DNA from: Lama glama
Lineage: Eukaryota
Assembly: GCA_028534125.1 (NCBI GenBank)
Contig: CM052839.1
Location: 45,260,001-45,324,000, forward strand
Reading direction: 5' to 3'
Length of the DNA stretch: 64,000 bases
Each line of letters starts with the position of its first letter. Positions within the stretch are counted from its first letter, which is position 1. The position numbers and the translations under genes were made by a program. Under the pieces are notes generated by a model. The model was not told the DNA's origin, did no database searches, and was given only the letters and a program-made list of their open reading frames with translations. Positions 31,701-64,000 of this stretch are shown piece after piece.

Positions 31701-34607
31701 CCTACAGCACACAGGTCACAGGGGCAGACAGGAAAAGTCTGGCCACAAAGACCTGGCAGGGCTCAGAGACAGACACGGCCATTCCGCCCTGCGTGGTAAG
31801 TGCAGTGGAGGAGTGGGCTGGCAGGTGGGGGGAGGCTGAGAGGAGGCAGGGCTTGGAGGAGACCCCAGCGGAGTCTGCCGGGCAGGGAGGAGGAAAGGGT
31901 CCTGTGTGGTGGGAGCGGAGAGAGGTGCTGGCAGTGGATGACGGCGTGGATGGGGCCTGGGGAAGCACGGGGGAGGGTCAGGGAGGCGGGGGCCCAGGCT
32001 ACCGATCCGGCTGCGACCTGCCCCAGCCGCCCTGCTCCCTGTGCCTCGGTGGGGCCGGCTGGGCAGACCCCGTACCTGCGGCTTCCTGGATGAAGGCGGG
32101 GTTGCGCTGCAGGATGAGCAGGAAGGACTGGGAGCCGTGGCTACACAGGTGCAGCATGATCTTCAGCACCTGGGGCGACAGATAGGTGGGGCCGAGCTGG
32201 GCCCAAAGGAGGGGACCCCACCCAGCAGAGCCCCCTGCCGCCGGCCTCACCTGGGGCAGGACCTGGGCCTCGACCTGACCCCGGGGAGGGCCTGCCGAGA
32301 CGCTCAGACTCACCTTGAGCTTCACGCGGCCGGAGCCGCTGTGCAGGCGGCTCAGGAGGTACTCCAGGAGGCACTGGCTGCTGCCCAGGGACTCGTGGGA
32401 GATCTCTGGGAGGCACTCGGGTTAGGGAAGGGGCGAGCTGACCCTGGGCCGCAGGAGGCCGGCTGGCCGGGGGGTGGGGCGGGGAAGAAGCCGCGCTGCC
32501 CCGCTGCAGGCACCCACCCCAGGCCCTGGTTTGGGATGAATGCGGCCATTAGGCCCCGCCCACACTGGTTACTACGGGGACGGGGCCCGGGGCCCCTCGG
32601 GCAGGAGAAGCCCAGCAACCCTGCCCCAGCCCCCAGGCGTCCGCGGGAAGGATACTGGCGATCTCCTCAAACAGGTAGCCGGGGCACGGGACATCGTCGT
32701 CCGCCGTGCCCTTCAGGAGGATCGGGAGCTGAAAGGGAGCGGAGCCCCACCCACAGTGAGCGGCCGCGTACACGGGGCCCGCGGCAGCCGGGAGGCCAGC
32801 CGCTGCCGAGGGGGCCACAGGGCCCTGTCCGCAGGGCTGCAGCGGTCCCAGTCTCCACACATCCTACTCCTGACGCGCCATCTGGTCAGGGGGCCCGGCC
32901 AGGACTGCTGCGGTCCCACAGCCACAGAGAGCCCGCAGGAGCCTCCCTGCCGGAGGGTGGGACAAACGCCCCGGAAGGTGGTGGTCTCCACGGCGACGGG
33001 CCCTCTGCTTGGGTCCGGATTTGTCACGGCCCCCAGGGCCCTATGCTTGCAGCCACACAGCAACGTAAAGGCGACTTTACATGTACCCACTTACTGACTG
33101 GCAAAAAAAACCCAGAACAACTCAAGACGAGCCCCCTTCCCGCGCAGGGCACCGGGAAGGTTCCATTTCTCCTGGAGCACAGATCAGCAACGTGACACAG
33201 CCATTCGGCCTGACCGCCCCACAGCTCCACTCCCGGGCATGGGCCTCACAGAAATAAGCCAGAGCAAGAACAACTTAATTCCTTGAGCGTCTCACGGTTA
33301 CCTGTGAGCACAAACGCCTTTACGATACGTGCTCACTCCGCACAGAGACATACTGTTTACAGACGTGAAAACGGGAAACATCCACTCCCCCATCACTGTG
33401 CATCTGCGGGGCGCGAGGCTCGGTGTAGACAGGACAGAAGGCCTCAGGTGCACTGTGAGGCGCTGGCCACAGACGCAATTTGATTGGTGGATGCCTAGTG
33501 TCACAAGACCTGCCTGAATGTCATCTGAGGCTGTGTGCTCACACTGCTTACATGATTTGTCCACCAAGACCAAAAGGGGAGCTGAACTGAGGGGGCTTCT
33601 AAAAGCACCAGGGTAAGCCCAGCCACCCCCCACCCCAACCAAACACCTACCTGAGGAAGTTCAAGGCGCCAGGAGAATTTCCTGTTAGTTCTGGCCTACA
33701 CCTGGTGACAAGCCCCAGCCTCCCACTCCTGGAGCATTTTCTAAAAAGAACCTACAACTGTGCATGTGGACCTCCTACAACTCAGGAGCCTCTTTCTGAA
33801 GGACCTGGAGCCCATTCCTGGAAACATAACCACCAGGAAGGACAGGGCCTGTCTCCCAGTCCCCAAAGGAGGATAACTGCCAGCTATCAGACAGAGCAGC
33901 CTATCCCACCGACACTGCCCCACTCCGCCTAACTCTGCAGCTGGGCACCGCTCCTCCCTAGTTCTGCCTTAAAAACGTCCGGCCCTCTTGCCACAGCTTG
34001 GAGGGGCGCGCAGGGCCTTCCCTCCCATCAGGGCTGCGGAATAAACGGTTTTCCCCTGCTCCCAGGCCAGTGTCTGGTTGTGTTTACTGTGGACAGAGTT
34101 CACGGCTCACTGGGTTTCTTTTTCTCTAATGCTACTTCAAATTAGGTTGAAAAAAACAAAACTTTGGGTCCCACGGCTCTCTTCTCCGACTTGGATACTG
34201 TTCAAGGGGTCTCACAGTCCCCAGTGGACCTGACACTGCGGTGGTCTGACCTGACCCCTCCAAGTACGTGCGGTGCGGCCCCCCAGCCGCGGGAGGGGCG
34301 GAAGGGTCGGAGGGGAGAAGAGGAGGGGTCTGCGGCGTCGGAGGGGCGGGAAGGAGGGAGAAGAGGCGAGGTGAGAGGTGGGAGGGGTCGGAAGGGTCAG
34401 AGGGGATAGAGGGGATGGAGGGGCCGGAGGAGGACGGAGGGGACACCGACCCCGGGAAGAGCCGGAGGGCCCGGAGCGCGGGGACCAGGCTGGGGCCAAG
34501 CAGGGCCACAGAAGTGGTCGGCTTGGGCCCGGGGAGAGGCCGGGGCCGCCCGCACTCACCCGGTGCAAGAAGCTCAGACGGTCCCGCAGCTGCGGCGTGG
34601 CAGCCAT
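25214..34607 (-). CDS. TEPSIN: TEPSIN (ENTHD2), AP-4 complex accessory subunit tepsin, 13 coding exons, 595 aa
   Basis: join(complement): 34560-34607,32656-32728,32314-32405,32076-32169,29934-30001,29682-29760,29484-29555,28474-28677,27397-27574,27186-27299,26996-27074,26754-26888,25214-25765 = 1788 nt. ENTH N-terminus MAATPQLRDRLSFLHRLPILLKGTADDDVPCPGYLFEEIAKISHES; C-terminal LFAGMELV and SAFAFLNS motifs. Confidence 0.96.
25768..26052 (+). mobile_element. 5'-truncated L1 (cetartiodactyl/camelid type) 3'UTR fragment with poly(A) and 17-bp TSD
   Basis: cagaaatagactc...tggttacc...ctgtatagcacagggaa...acacaacactgtaaa...A-tail resembles the recalled artiodactyl L1 3' end. TSD aaagtgt(c/t)tcaggatct at 25751-25767 and 26053-26069. 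Confidence 0.9.
26754..26888 (-). CDS. TEPSIN: TEPSIN coding exon 12
   Basis: RALGAIASLGCTDLLSQE...GPVTNKATK. Confidence 0.93.
26996..27074 (-). CDS. TEPSIN: TEPSIN coding exon 11
   Basis: CGLLNCEAVLELLIRHLGGTGEHEQM. Confidence 0.93.
27186..27299 (-). CDS. TEPSIN: TEPSIN coding exon 10
   Basis: VEAMTPGDYQQELSLVRAVTRGPHAFLSREEEQRFVK. Confidence 0.93.
27397..27574 (-). CDS. TEPSIN: TEPSIN coding exon 9
   Basis: (A)VRRQPGQAGGGWDELDSSPSSQ...DLAER; CAGCAG (NAGNAG) acceptor. Confidence 0.9.
28474..28677 (-). CDS. TEPSIN: TEPSIN coding exon 8 (204 nt, symmetric phase 1-1; probable cassette exon)
   Basis: SAGEAFLSTIQKAAEVVASAVRPG... Confidence 0.88.
29484..29555 (-). CDS. TEPSIN: TEPSIN coding exon 7
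   Basis: (G)MGSQSRPQSALQGFGYSKERGHT. Confidence 0.92.
29682..29760 (-). CDS. TEPSIN: TEPSIN coding exon 6
   Basis: DLGAALFSDALSPLPPSQPSRALPPA. Confidence 0.92.
29934..30001 (-). CDS. TEPSIN: TEPSIN coding exon 5
   Basis: (V)FTGPPDPLHGNSLYQRVRAAAQ. Confidence 0.94.
32076..32169 (-). CDS. TEPSIN: TEPSIN coding exon 4
   Basis: VLKIMLHLCSHGSQSFLLILQRNPAFIQEAA. Confidence 0.94.
32314..32405 (-). CDS. TEPSIN: TEPSIN coding exon 3
   Basis: (K)ISHESLGSSQCLLEYLLSRLHSGSGRVKLK. Confidence 0.93.
32406..32655 (-). other. TEPSIN: U12-type (minor spliceosome) GT-AG intron, TEPSIN intron 2
   Basis: 5' end GTATCCTT; branch site TTCCCTAAC (32421-32429) ~16 nt from the AG; no long polypyrimidine tract. Confidence 0.88.
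32656..32728 (-). CDS. TEPSIN: TEPSIN coding exon 2
   Basis: LPILLKGTADDDVPCPGYLFEEIA; U12-type donor GTATCCTT follows. Confidence 0.94.
33500..34120 (+). mobile_element. Probable solo ERV LTR in TEPSIN intron 1 (boundaries approximate)
   Basis: LTR-like layout: TATA-like cttaaaaa at ~33968, AATAAA at 34040-34045, U5-like ccagtgtctggttgtgtttactg. Confidence 0.45.
34290..34445. repeat. Purine-rich degenerate tandem repeat (GGAGGGG-T/C-CGGAAGG units) at start of TEPSIN intron 1
   Basis: ggaggggcggaagggtcggagggg ... ggaggggtcggaagggtcagagggg. Confidence 0.7.
34560..34607 (-). CDS. TEPSIN: TEPSIN coding exon 1
   Basis: MAATPQLRDRLSFLHR; donor gtgagt. Confidence 0.94.
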
Positions 34608-34973
34608 GATGCCGGTCACCTTCCGGCCCCGCCCCGCTTCCGCCAGGCCTGGGCCCCCTCCAGTCACTGCGCTGGCCTGGGCTCGCTGGCCAATCGCTCG
34701 TGTGGGGCGGGCCCTGAGGCCGACTTCAGTAAACAATTTGAGCCTGAACCAATCTAAAGTCCAAGGTCAAAGATAGACAAGGCCACAAGCCAATTGCAGG
34801 GCTCTGAGGAACAAGGCGCGGTTCCGGAGGAGAGACCGAGGCGAGGAGAAGCCTAGCCAATTACAAGGCAGAGGAAAGGTGATGGGCGGGACCGCCGACC
34901 TATCAAGCTGTTGAGCGCCGGAAGAGGATGGACCTAAGATGGCGGCGCCCACGAGTGCCAGGAAGAGCCGCTC
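34608..34973. promoter_or_regulatory. Bidirectional CpG promoter TEPSIN/NDUFAF8
   Basis: ATGs are 366 bp apart, head-to-head. CCAAT at 34690, 34749, 34790 and 34857; ETS CCGGAAG at 34918; YY1 AAGATGGCGGC at 34936-34946; GC boxes. Confidence 0.88.
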
Positions 34974-35057
34974 ATGTCGGGGAACGGGGCGGTGTGGGGT
35001 CGCGTGCGAAGCCGTCTCCGCTCCTTCCCCGAGCGCCTGGCGGCCTGTGGGGCCGAG
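34974..35057 (+). CDS. NDUFAF8: NDUFAF8 exon 1
   Basis: MSGNGAVWGRVRSRLRSFPERLAACGAE | gtgcgg. Confidence 0.94.
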
Positions 35058-37284
35058 GTGCGGAGCCTTCCCGGGGGCAGGAGGGGCTGCGTGGGGCGGC
35101 GGTGGGGTGGTGGTGACCGGGGAGCGGCGGCGACGGGGTCTACACGGATGACCGGCGGATGCAGGGGTCGCCGCGACCCTCGCCCGTCTCCTTCCCGCCC
35201 CCAGGCCGCGGCCTACGGCAGGTGCGTGCATGCGTCCACGGCCCCGGGCGGCCGTCTGAGGAAGGACCTCTGCGCGCAGGAGTTCGAGGCCCTGCGGAGC
35301 TGCTTCGCCGCCGCGGTAGGTGGGCTCCGCCCCGCCCGGGGGAGGGACACTGGGGGCGGAGACCCACGTGTCTGCCCGGGACCGCCGGCATCCTTCTGGG
35401 TTCAGCGGTGGGCGCTAGCCTCAGACGCGGCCCTCTAGCCGGCGCGATCCCCGCCGCCATAGAACTCGCGCGTCCGTGAGGTGGGGGAACACCACCCTCA
35501 TCGTGTGCCCCCCCAGCGCCTTGTAACCTTATGTGGTACTGTCGCGGGGGTTAATACCAAAACGAACCTCAGCCCAGGGCTCCAAGAGCGGGCGTCCTGG
35601 CACCTGCTGGTGTTTAGGACCCACGTGTGTGCTGCGCATGGGCAGTGACAACCGAGGGTCTACCTAGCGTGTGCTGAGCCCGGGCACCCCGACTCCCGGC
35701 GCACGACTACCCCATTTAGGAGGGGAAAGAGAACCAGTAGAGCGTGTATCTTGGGTTTGCCATTATTACCGAGGCTGCAGCGGCTGTGGAGTCCTCCACC
35801 CAGGCCACCGGCCCCTTCTTGAGCTGGGAACAGTCTGTTCTCCTGGCTCAGGACTCAGTTCTTCCTCTGACCACTCAGGTCGGCTGCCTTCCATTCTGAG
35901 GTGCCTCACCTTCAGATCCCCATCTGGTCAGATGCTATGCGGGTGAAAATCGCTAAACCCTGTGCACAAGAGAGAACCACGGTGTGGCGTTGGTGCATTT
36001 TCAAAAAGGATGAGGAGGAAGCAGGACTGGAGGAGACCAACTCTTGGGAGCCCAGGGGGGAGGAACTGTCTGGGGAACCAAGCTGGAAGTTCAGAGTCCC
36101 AAGGAGAGGGGAAAGGGGCTGAGACTGCCTGTCATGAGCCTTTAACATAGGGTCTTGAGCTAGTGCCCAAGGTGTCACAGCTCTAAGTCTCCATGGCCTG
36201 GGGTGTCTGGGATGGGCCATGATACCAGTTAATCAGAGCTGCTGACCCAGAAAACTGAACCAGAGAGAGGGCACTTGGGTCAGCTCGGCAGAATTCAGGG
36301 AATCTGAGACAACTGACTGACGTTGCGGGATGGCCGAGACTACGCGGGCTGTCCCTCGTTTCCCGGAGCGCTCAGAGAACTCCTTGCTCCATCCTCGCCA
36401 TTGTGGCTGGGACGTGCGGCCTCGGCCCTTGTCACCAACTTCCGATCCGACGTGGGCCGTTCATCCGCCCTGCACGTGTTCCTTGGACTTCCTTCCTGCC
36501 TCTTGGTAGACACCCTGCTTTACTTACAGCACTTCCCCAGGAGGGGACAAACCTCCTCTGCGGTCACGGCTGGGGGGATTCGCACGTGAGATGAGATCAC
36601 TCTCCTTCCCTGCCGCGCTTCGTGGTTAGGCAGGAGTGACCCACCACACGCACCTGGTCATCAGTGAGTCCCAACGCGCTCTGTCTTTGTCATGTCTAGC
36701 CCCCAGGAGCACCTCGCTGCCTCTAGTGCCATTTTCCACTGAGGGGGACCCAGCCACAGGCCCCGGGATCTGGAAGGTCAGGACAGGGAACCTGGGAGCT
36801 TCTCACCTGAGGGCATGTGCCGATGAACCCATTTTTGCCCATCCTGCTTGGAACCTGAGGCCCCATGGGCCCACATGTGGGGCAGAGGGCTCTGGGCTCC
36901 ATTTCCAGCCGTATCCCAGGCGCCCTGTCCCTGGGCCAGTGTTTCAGCACCTCTGACCTCAGAGTTTTCTCTGTAGAAGGGGTTCCTGCCACCTGGTGAG
37001 GACTCAACCTGACATGGTGGTGGCCCTGCATGGGGCCTAACACAGACAGGCATGGCTCATGTCACGGGGCAGAGCCCCGTGGCCTGTGAAGGCTGCACTG
37101 GAGACCCAGTCCCAGGGGCCCCCGCCACACATCCAGAGCCGTGCTCTTTGTAAGGTATTTGCCAGAAGGTGGCATTTGGTGTGGTAGTTTTCTTACTTCA
37201 ATGCCACGTCTCACCTGGAAACCACCCATTCAGACAAAACACTTTCTTTTCCAGGCCAAGAAGACCCTGACGGGAGGCCGCTAG
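34974..37284 (+). CDS. NDUFAF8: NDUFAF8 (C17orf89), complex I assembly factor 8, 74 aa
   Basis: join: 34974-35057,35205-35315,37255-37284 gives MSGNGAVWGRVRSRLRSFPERLAACGAEAAAYGRCVHASTAPGGRLRKDLCAQEFEALRSCFAAAAKKTLTGGR*; twin CX9C motif. Confidence 0.95.
35205..35315 (+). CDS. NDUFAF8: NDUFAF8 exon 2
   Basis: AAAYGRCV...DLCAQEFEALRSCFAAA | gtaggt. Confidence 0.94.
37255..37284 (+). CDS. NDUFAF8: NDUFAF8 exon 3 (coding part)
   Basis: tttcttttccag | AKKTLTGGR TAG. Confidence 0.9.
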   Translation, partial: AKKTLTGGR

Positions 37285-37466
37285 GAAGGACCAAATGCTC
37301 CACTTCACGTCCCGGGTGCGTGGCACGGACGGCCCCCAGGGGCAGACATGTAACACCTCGAAAGCTCTTGGGACTAAAAGGCCCAGAAGACGCGAGCAGA
37401 GGGGAGTGGGTTTTCCAGCCTCGCGCAAGTGAGGGTTTGGGGTAGAACAAGATGCAGGGAACCAAC

Positions 37467-37472
37467 AGTAAA
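37467..37472 (+). terminator. Candidate NDUFAF8 polyA signal (AGTAAA variant)
   Basis: AGTAAA followed ~25 nt later by GU-rich tgttttgttgtct. Confidence 0.4.
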
Positions 37473-39992
37473 GCACAGTCAGGTGGCACCAGATCTGTTT
37501 TGTTGTCTGCAGGGTGAGCGTGTGGGCCTGGAACACGCTGCTTTACCAGTCTCACTTTTTAAAGAATCTTCACCAAAAGCACGTCATCTGAGTCTAGTGA
37601 AGTCACTAATAGTTTATGAGACAGAGAGAGAACCACGGCACCAAGAGGGGAAGATGGCTCTGCAGGGCTGAGACACTGATGATTCATTCCGGCCTGGAGG
37701 AAGGGGTGGGTTAGAACGCAACAGTGGTGAGACCACTGAGGCAGCAGGGTCCATTCCCCAATGGGGAGCGCCTCACCTCCCTGCAGCCTCTGGAGTTAGA
37801 GCCCAGACACATCCCGGCCAGGCTCCTGCCGGCTCTAGCCCCCTGCCCCTTGTCCTGAGAAGAAGGTTAGGCTGCAGCAGTGTGCGGGGGTCCAGGGAGA
37901 CTCGGCAGGACCCCCAGGGCTGCGGCCCCAAGATCCCAAGGTCCTGAGCACCGCCTGTGGGGTACACAAGGACTGCTCCCAGAGACCCCTCCCCAGGGGG
38001 TGGGGGTCACACTGTCCTCTGGCTCCACCCAGCCCCTGTGTCCCAGAGCCCCAGAGCTGTTTCCTCGTAAACGCTCGTTAGTCCGACCCTCCCCCTAGTG
38101 GTGAAACCCCACGGCTCCGGGATGCCCATCTCAGTGAAACGTGGCTCCCAGGGCGGCCTCAGGGGAAGCCACAGGCTGTGTGAGGGCGTCATGGCTGTCA
38201 GTCTGTCCCAGTGGGTGGTCACATTTCACAGCAGACTCGGATTCGGGATCAGGAACTAATGACACAACTCCCCATCCCTGGGGTGAGGGAGACCCACGGG
38301 TCGGCTGTGGGCCAGAGGGAGGAGGGCAGGCCAGGAAAATGGACTTGCTAAGCGCCTCCACTCAACTTTCCTGTCTGCCTGGACCTGATGTGCGGCCCCA
38401 GCACGTGTGTCTGGCCTAAGGATGGGCTTTGCCCGACCCTTTGTGCTCTCTCCGCTCTGACCTTTGACAGCCCGCTGGCCAGAGCTCCCGGCATCTCCGC
38501 TGAGCACATGTGCTCCGGTCCCTTCTAGGTGCTCTTTGCTGCCAGCCTTCAAACCCCAATCCACAGTGCTCGCGTCTCACGCCCAGGGCTGCAGACTTGC
38601 TTGGCGACCAGCCAGGCCGCTCCCCACACACCACACTCAGCTTGCAGGCCTCCCGGGCGACCCTGCCCTCCTGACCTGCCCAAACTCACTCGTCTTCCAG
38701 ACGCTATGTATTGAAGGGAATTCAACAAAGTGGTGTCAGGATGCAGCAAAGAGCGTTTCTACTGCTGCTGCAGCTGCATCGCTGCATAGAAGTCACCATG
38801 TGCAGCTCTGTACTGTCCACCTGTCTTAGCTGTGGGTTGAGGGCTCAGCCCCACCAGCGGGGACCCTGGCCCTACACAGCTTAGGCCTTGGCTCCTTACT
38901 CCCAGAGCTGGGCGTGGTGGCCTCACTCTAGAACAGGAGTACAGACAGGGTCCTGTCCCTGTCGCCCAGGCCAACCTGGCCCCGTGTCTGCCAAGTGAAG
39001 CTGCCAACACGAGGGGCTGCCCACTGGTGGCCTGACGGCCTGCTCTGGCTGGACCACTGGCCACGGAACCCAGATGGAGGAAAGCAAAGCACTGTCCCCC
39101 GGCCCCTCTTGGGTCTGCCGATCAACCTCGGGGGCAGGGGGTGACCATCGGCTTTTCTGCCACTTGAAAACAAAATACAACATAAAACACCACAAAAACC
39201 CTTCCAACAGTTGAGCAGTTTGGTGGGGGTGGCCTGTAGCAGAGGCAGAGCAGGGGTGGGGGGAAGTGAGAGGCAGCCTCTGTCACCGCCCCCCCAGCCC
39301 TGCAGCGGGGCCCCCAGCACACGTCACCCGGGCACTTAACGTCTGTGGTTTGGGATCCTGGACTGAAGCTGTCGTCTGGGTGAGTCACCTTGGTACTAAC
39401 CACACTGATTAGATGTCAGCGGTGTGTTTTGTTTTTTAAACCTCACAACAGCATGGCTGGGAGACCAGAGCGTGTGCAGAGCAGGGAGTGGGGTGGGGCA
39501 GACGCGGCTGGACTCCTGGGCCCCCCTGCCCCTCAGAGGCAAAGCAGCACTCGCTGTGGGTGGGGTGAGGGCAGAGATTTACTCAGGGTTTGCAGGACAC
39601 TCAGGGAGCCTCAGATAAAGCAGCGTTTGGAGTCACAACAGCTGCGGTCAGGTGACTGCTTCTCCCAGCAGCTTGGGGGCCAGTACAGGCGGGGGCACCT
39701 CAATCTGGAATCCGGGCTGATCCCCAGCTGCACGGGAGGTAGTGGGTCACAGACCTCAAGGCCACACGCAGACCCACACCTCCATGGTCTCACCAAGAGG
39801 CTGTCTCTCCTCTCAGCTGAAGTGGACTAAGTCACTGCAGGAGCAATGGCAGGGCTCGTCTGGAAGGCGAGGCCGCAGCACAAGAGCGGTCAGACTCCAC
39901 TCCCGGCCTGACCTCCGGGATTTCCAGGTTCACTGGCGGCCTGGGTGAGGCCGAGCGAGACCAGCTGACCGGAAGCAGGCGCTTAGCTGGGC

Positions 39993-63237
<23,245 letters not shown>

Positions 63238-63901
63238 CTGTGTGAGGAGAGGACAGCGGAGCTCGGCACTGGCCGGCAAGCACAGGTGGGGCCCGCGCCA
63301 TGGTGGGAAAGAGGCAGGCTGGGGGCTCCATGTCTGGCCCCAAGCTCCCTCGCGGCGAAGCCTGGGGCTGCCAGCTGGAGGGGCCCAGGGTCTGGTGTGG
63401 TCCCAGGGCCGCTGCCCTCTGCTGTGCGGCCGAGCACTGCCACGAGGAGCACACACAGCAGGGCCTCCTGAGCGCAGATGGTCAGCAGTAAGGCCCCCTC
63501 GCTGTGCCTGCCCCCAGTGCCTTGGGTGACAGGACAGTCCCCTGGCCTGGCAGGTCCCTGCTGGTCCTGCGCAGACATAGGTCCTCCAAACCCACCAAGG
63601 ACAGGACTGTCTAAGCGGAGAGGGCCGGTCACCGGGCTGGCCGTCGCGGCAGAGGGACGCCGGCTCACCACCAGGGCTCAGTCCCCTAAGGAAAGCCTGC
63701 TGCACAGACTCTCAGGTTCAGCTCTCGCAGGAGAGATCAGGTCCGACCTTCCCAGGGCCGGGGCAGGCCTGAGGGTTCAGGTCCGGGAGCTCCCACCAGG
63801 AGGCCTCCCAGCGCTCAGAAGGAAAGAGGCACTCAGTACCCATGCCCTGCGACATCCCCCGTCCTGCTGGTCATAAACTCTCAAGGGAAAATAACCGCGA
63901 A

Positions 63902-64000
63902 GGGGGAGGGCAGAGCTCAGGGGAGAACGTGTGCTCAGCACAAAGGAGGGCGTGGGTTCAATCCCCAGAACCTCCTCTAAGAGTAATTAAACTAATTTAC
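63902..64000 (+). mobile_element. Vic-1-type SINE truncated by window end
   Basis: gggggagggcagagctcagg...gggttcaatccccagaacctcc...taaactaatttac. Confidence 0.8.

Noticed and set aside
38707-39583. SLC38A10 polyA signal candidates (AATACA ~38707-38712, AGTAAA ~39578-39583, minus strand)
   Set aside because: Only non-canonical hexamers; cannot choose between them without 3'-end data.

Overview
GC-rich mammalian genomic DNA, most likely a camelid (tRNA-derived Vic-1-type SINEs). It is syntenic with human 17q25.3. It contains: CEP131 (minus strand; 16 coding exons at 7755-18236, with the 3' exons lost in a 500-N assembly gap at 7082-7581); TEPSIN (minus; complete, 13 coding exons, 595 aa, with one U12-type minor intron); NDUFAF8 (plus; 74 aa, head-to-head with TEPSIN on a CCAAT/ETS/YY1 bidirectional promoter); and the 3' part of SLC38A10 (minus; exons ~6-16). 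Exon boundaries were read by hand from splice signals and phase continuity; family assignments rest on recalled orthologue sequences, not on a search. The most striking observation is a ~285-bp L1 3' fragment inserted exactly at the acceptor of TEPSIN's last exon. Its 17-bp target-site duplication copied the AG plus the first codons. The ancestral acceptor now leads into L1 and a stop after 11 codons, while the antisense L1 supplies a new polypyrimidine tract for a second acceptor that preserves the full protein and its AP-4-binding motifs. Other notable items: a degenerate repeat array of 5' splice-site motifs below CEP131 exon 1, strongly GC-converted patches inside old L1/MIR elements (gBGC-like), a twin-primed inverted L1, a GC-AG intron in SLC38A10, and a strong-Kozak overlapping upstream ORF on NDUFAF8.
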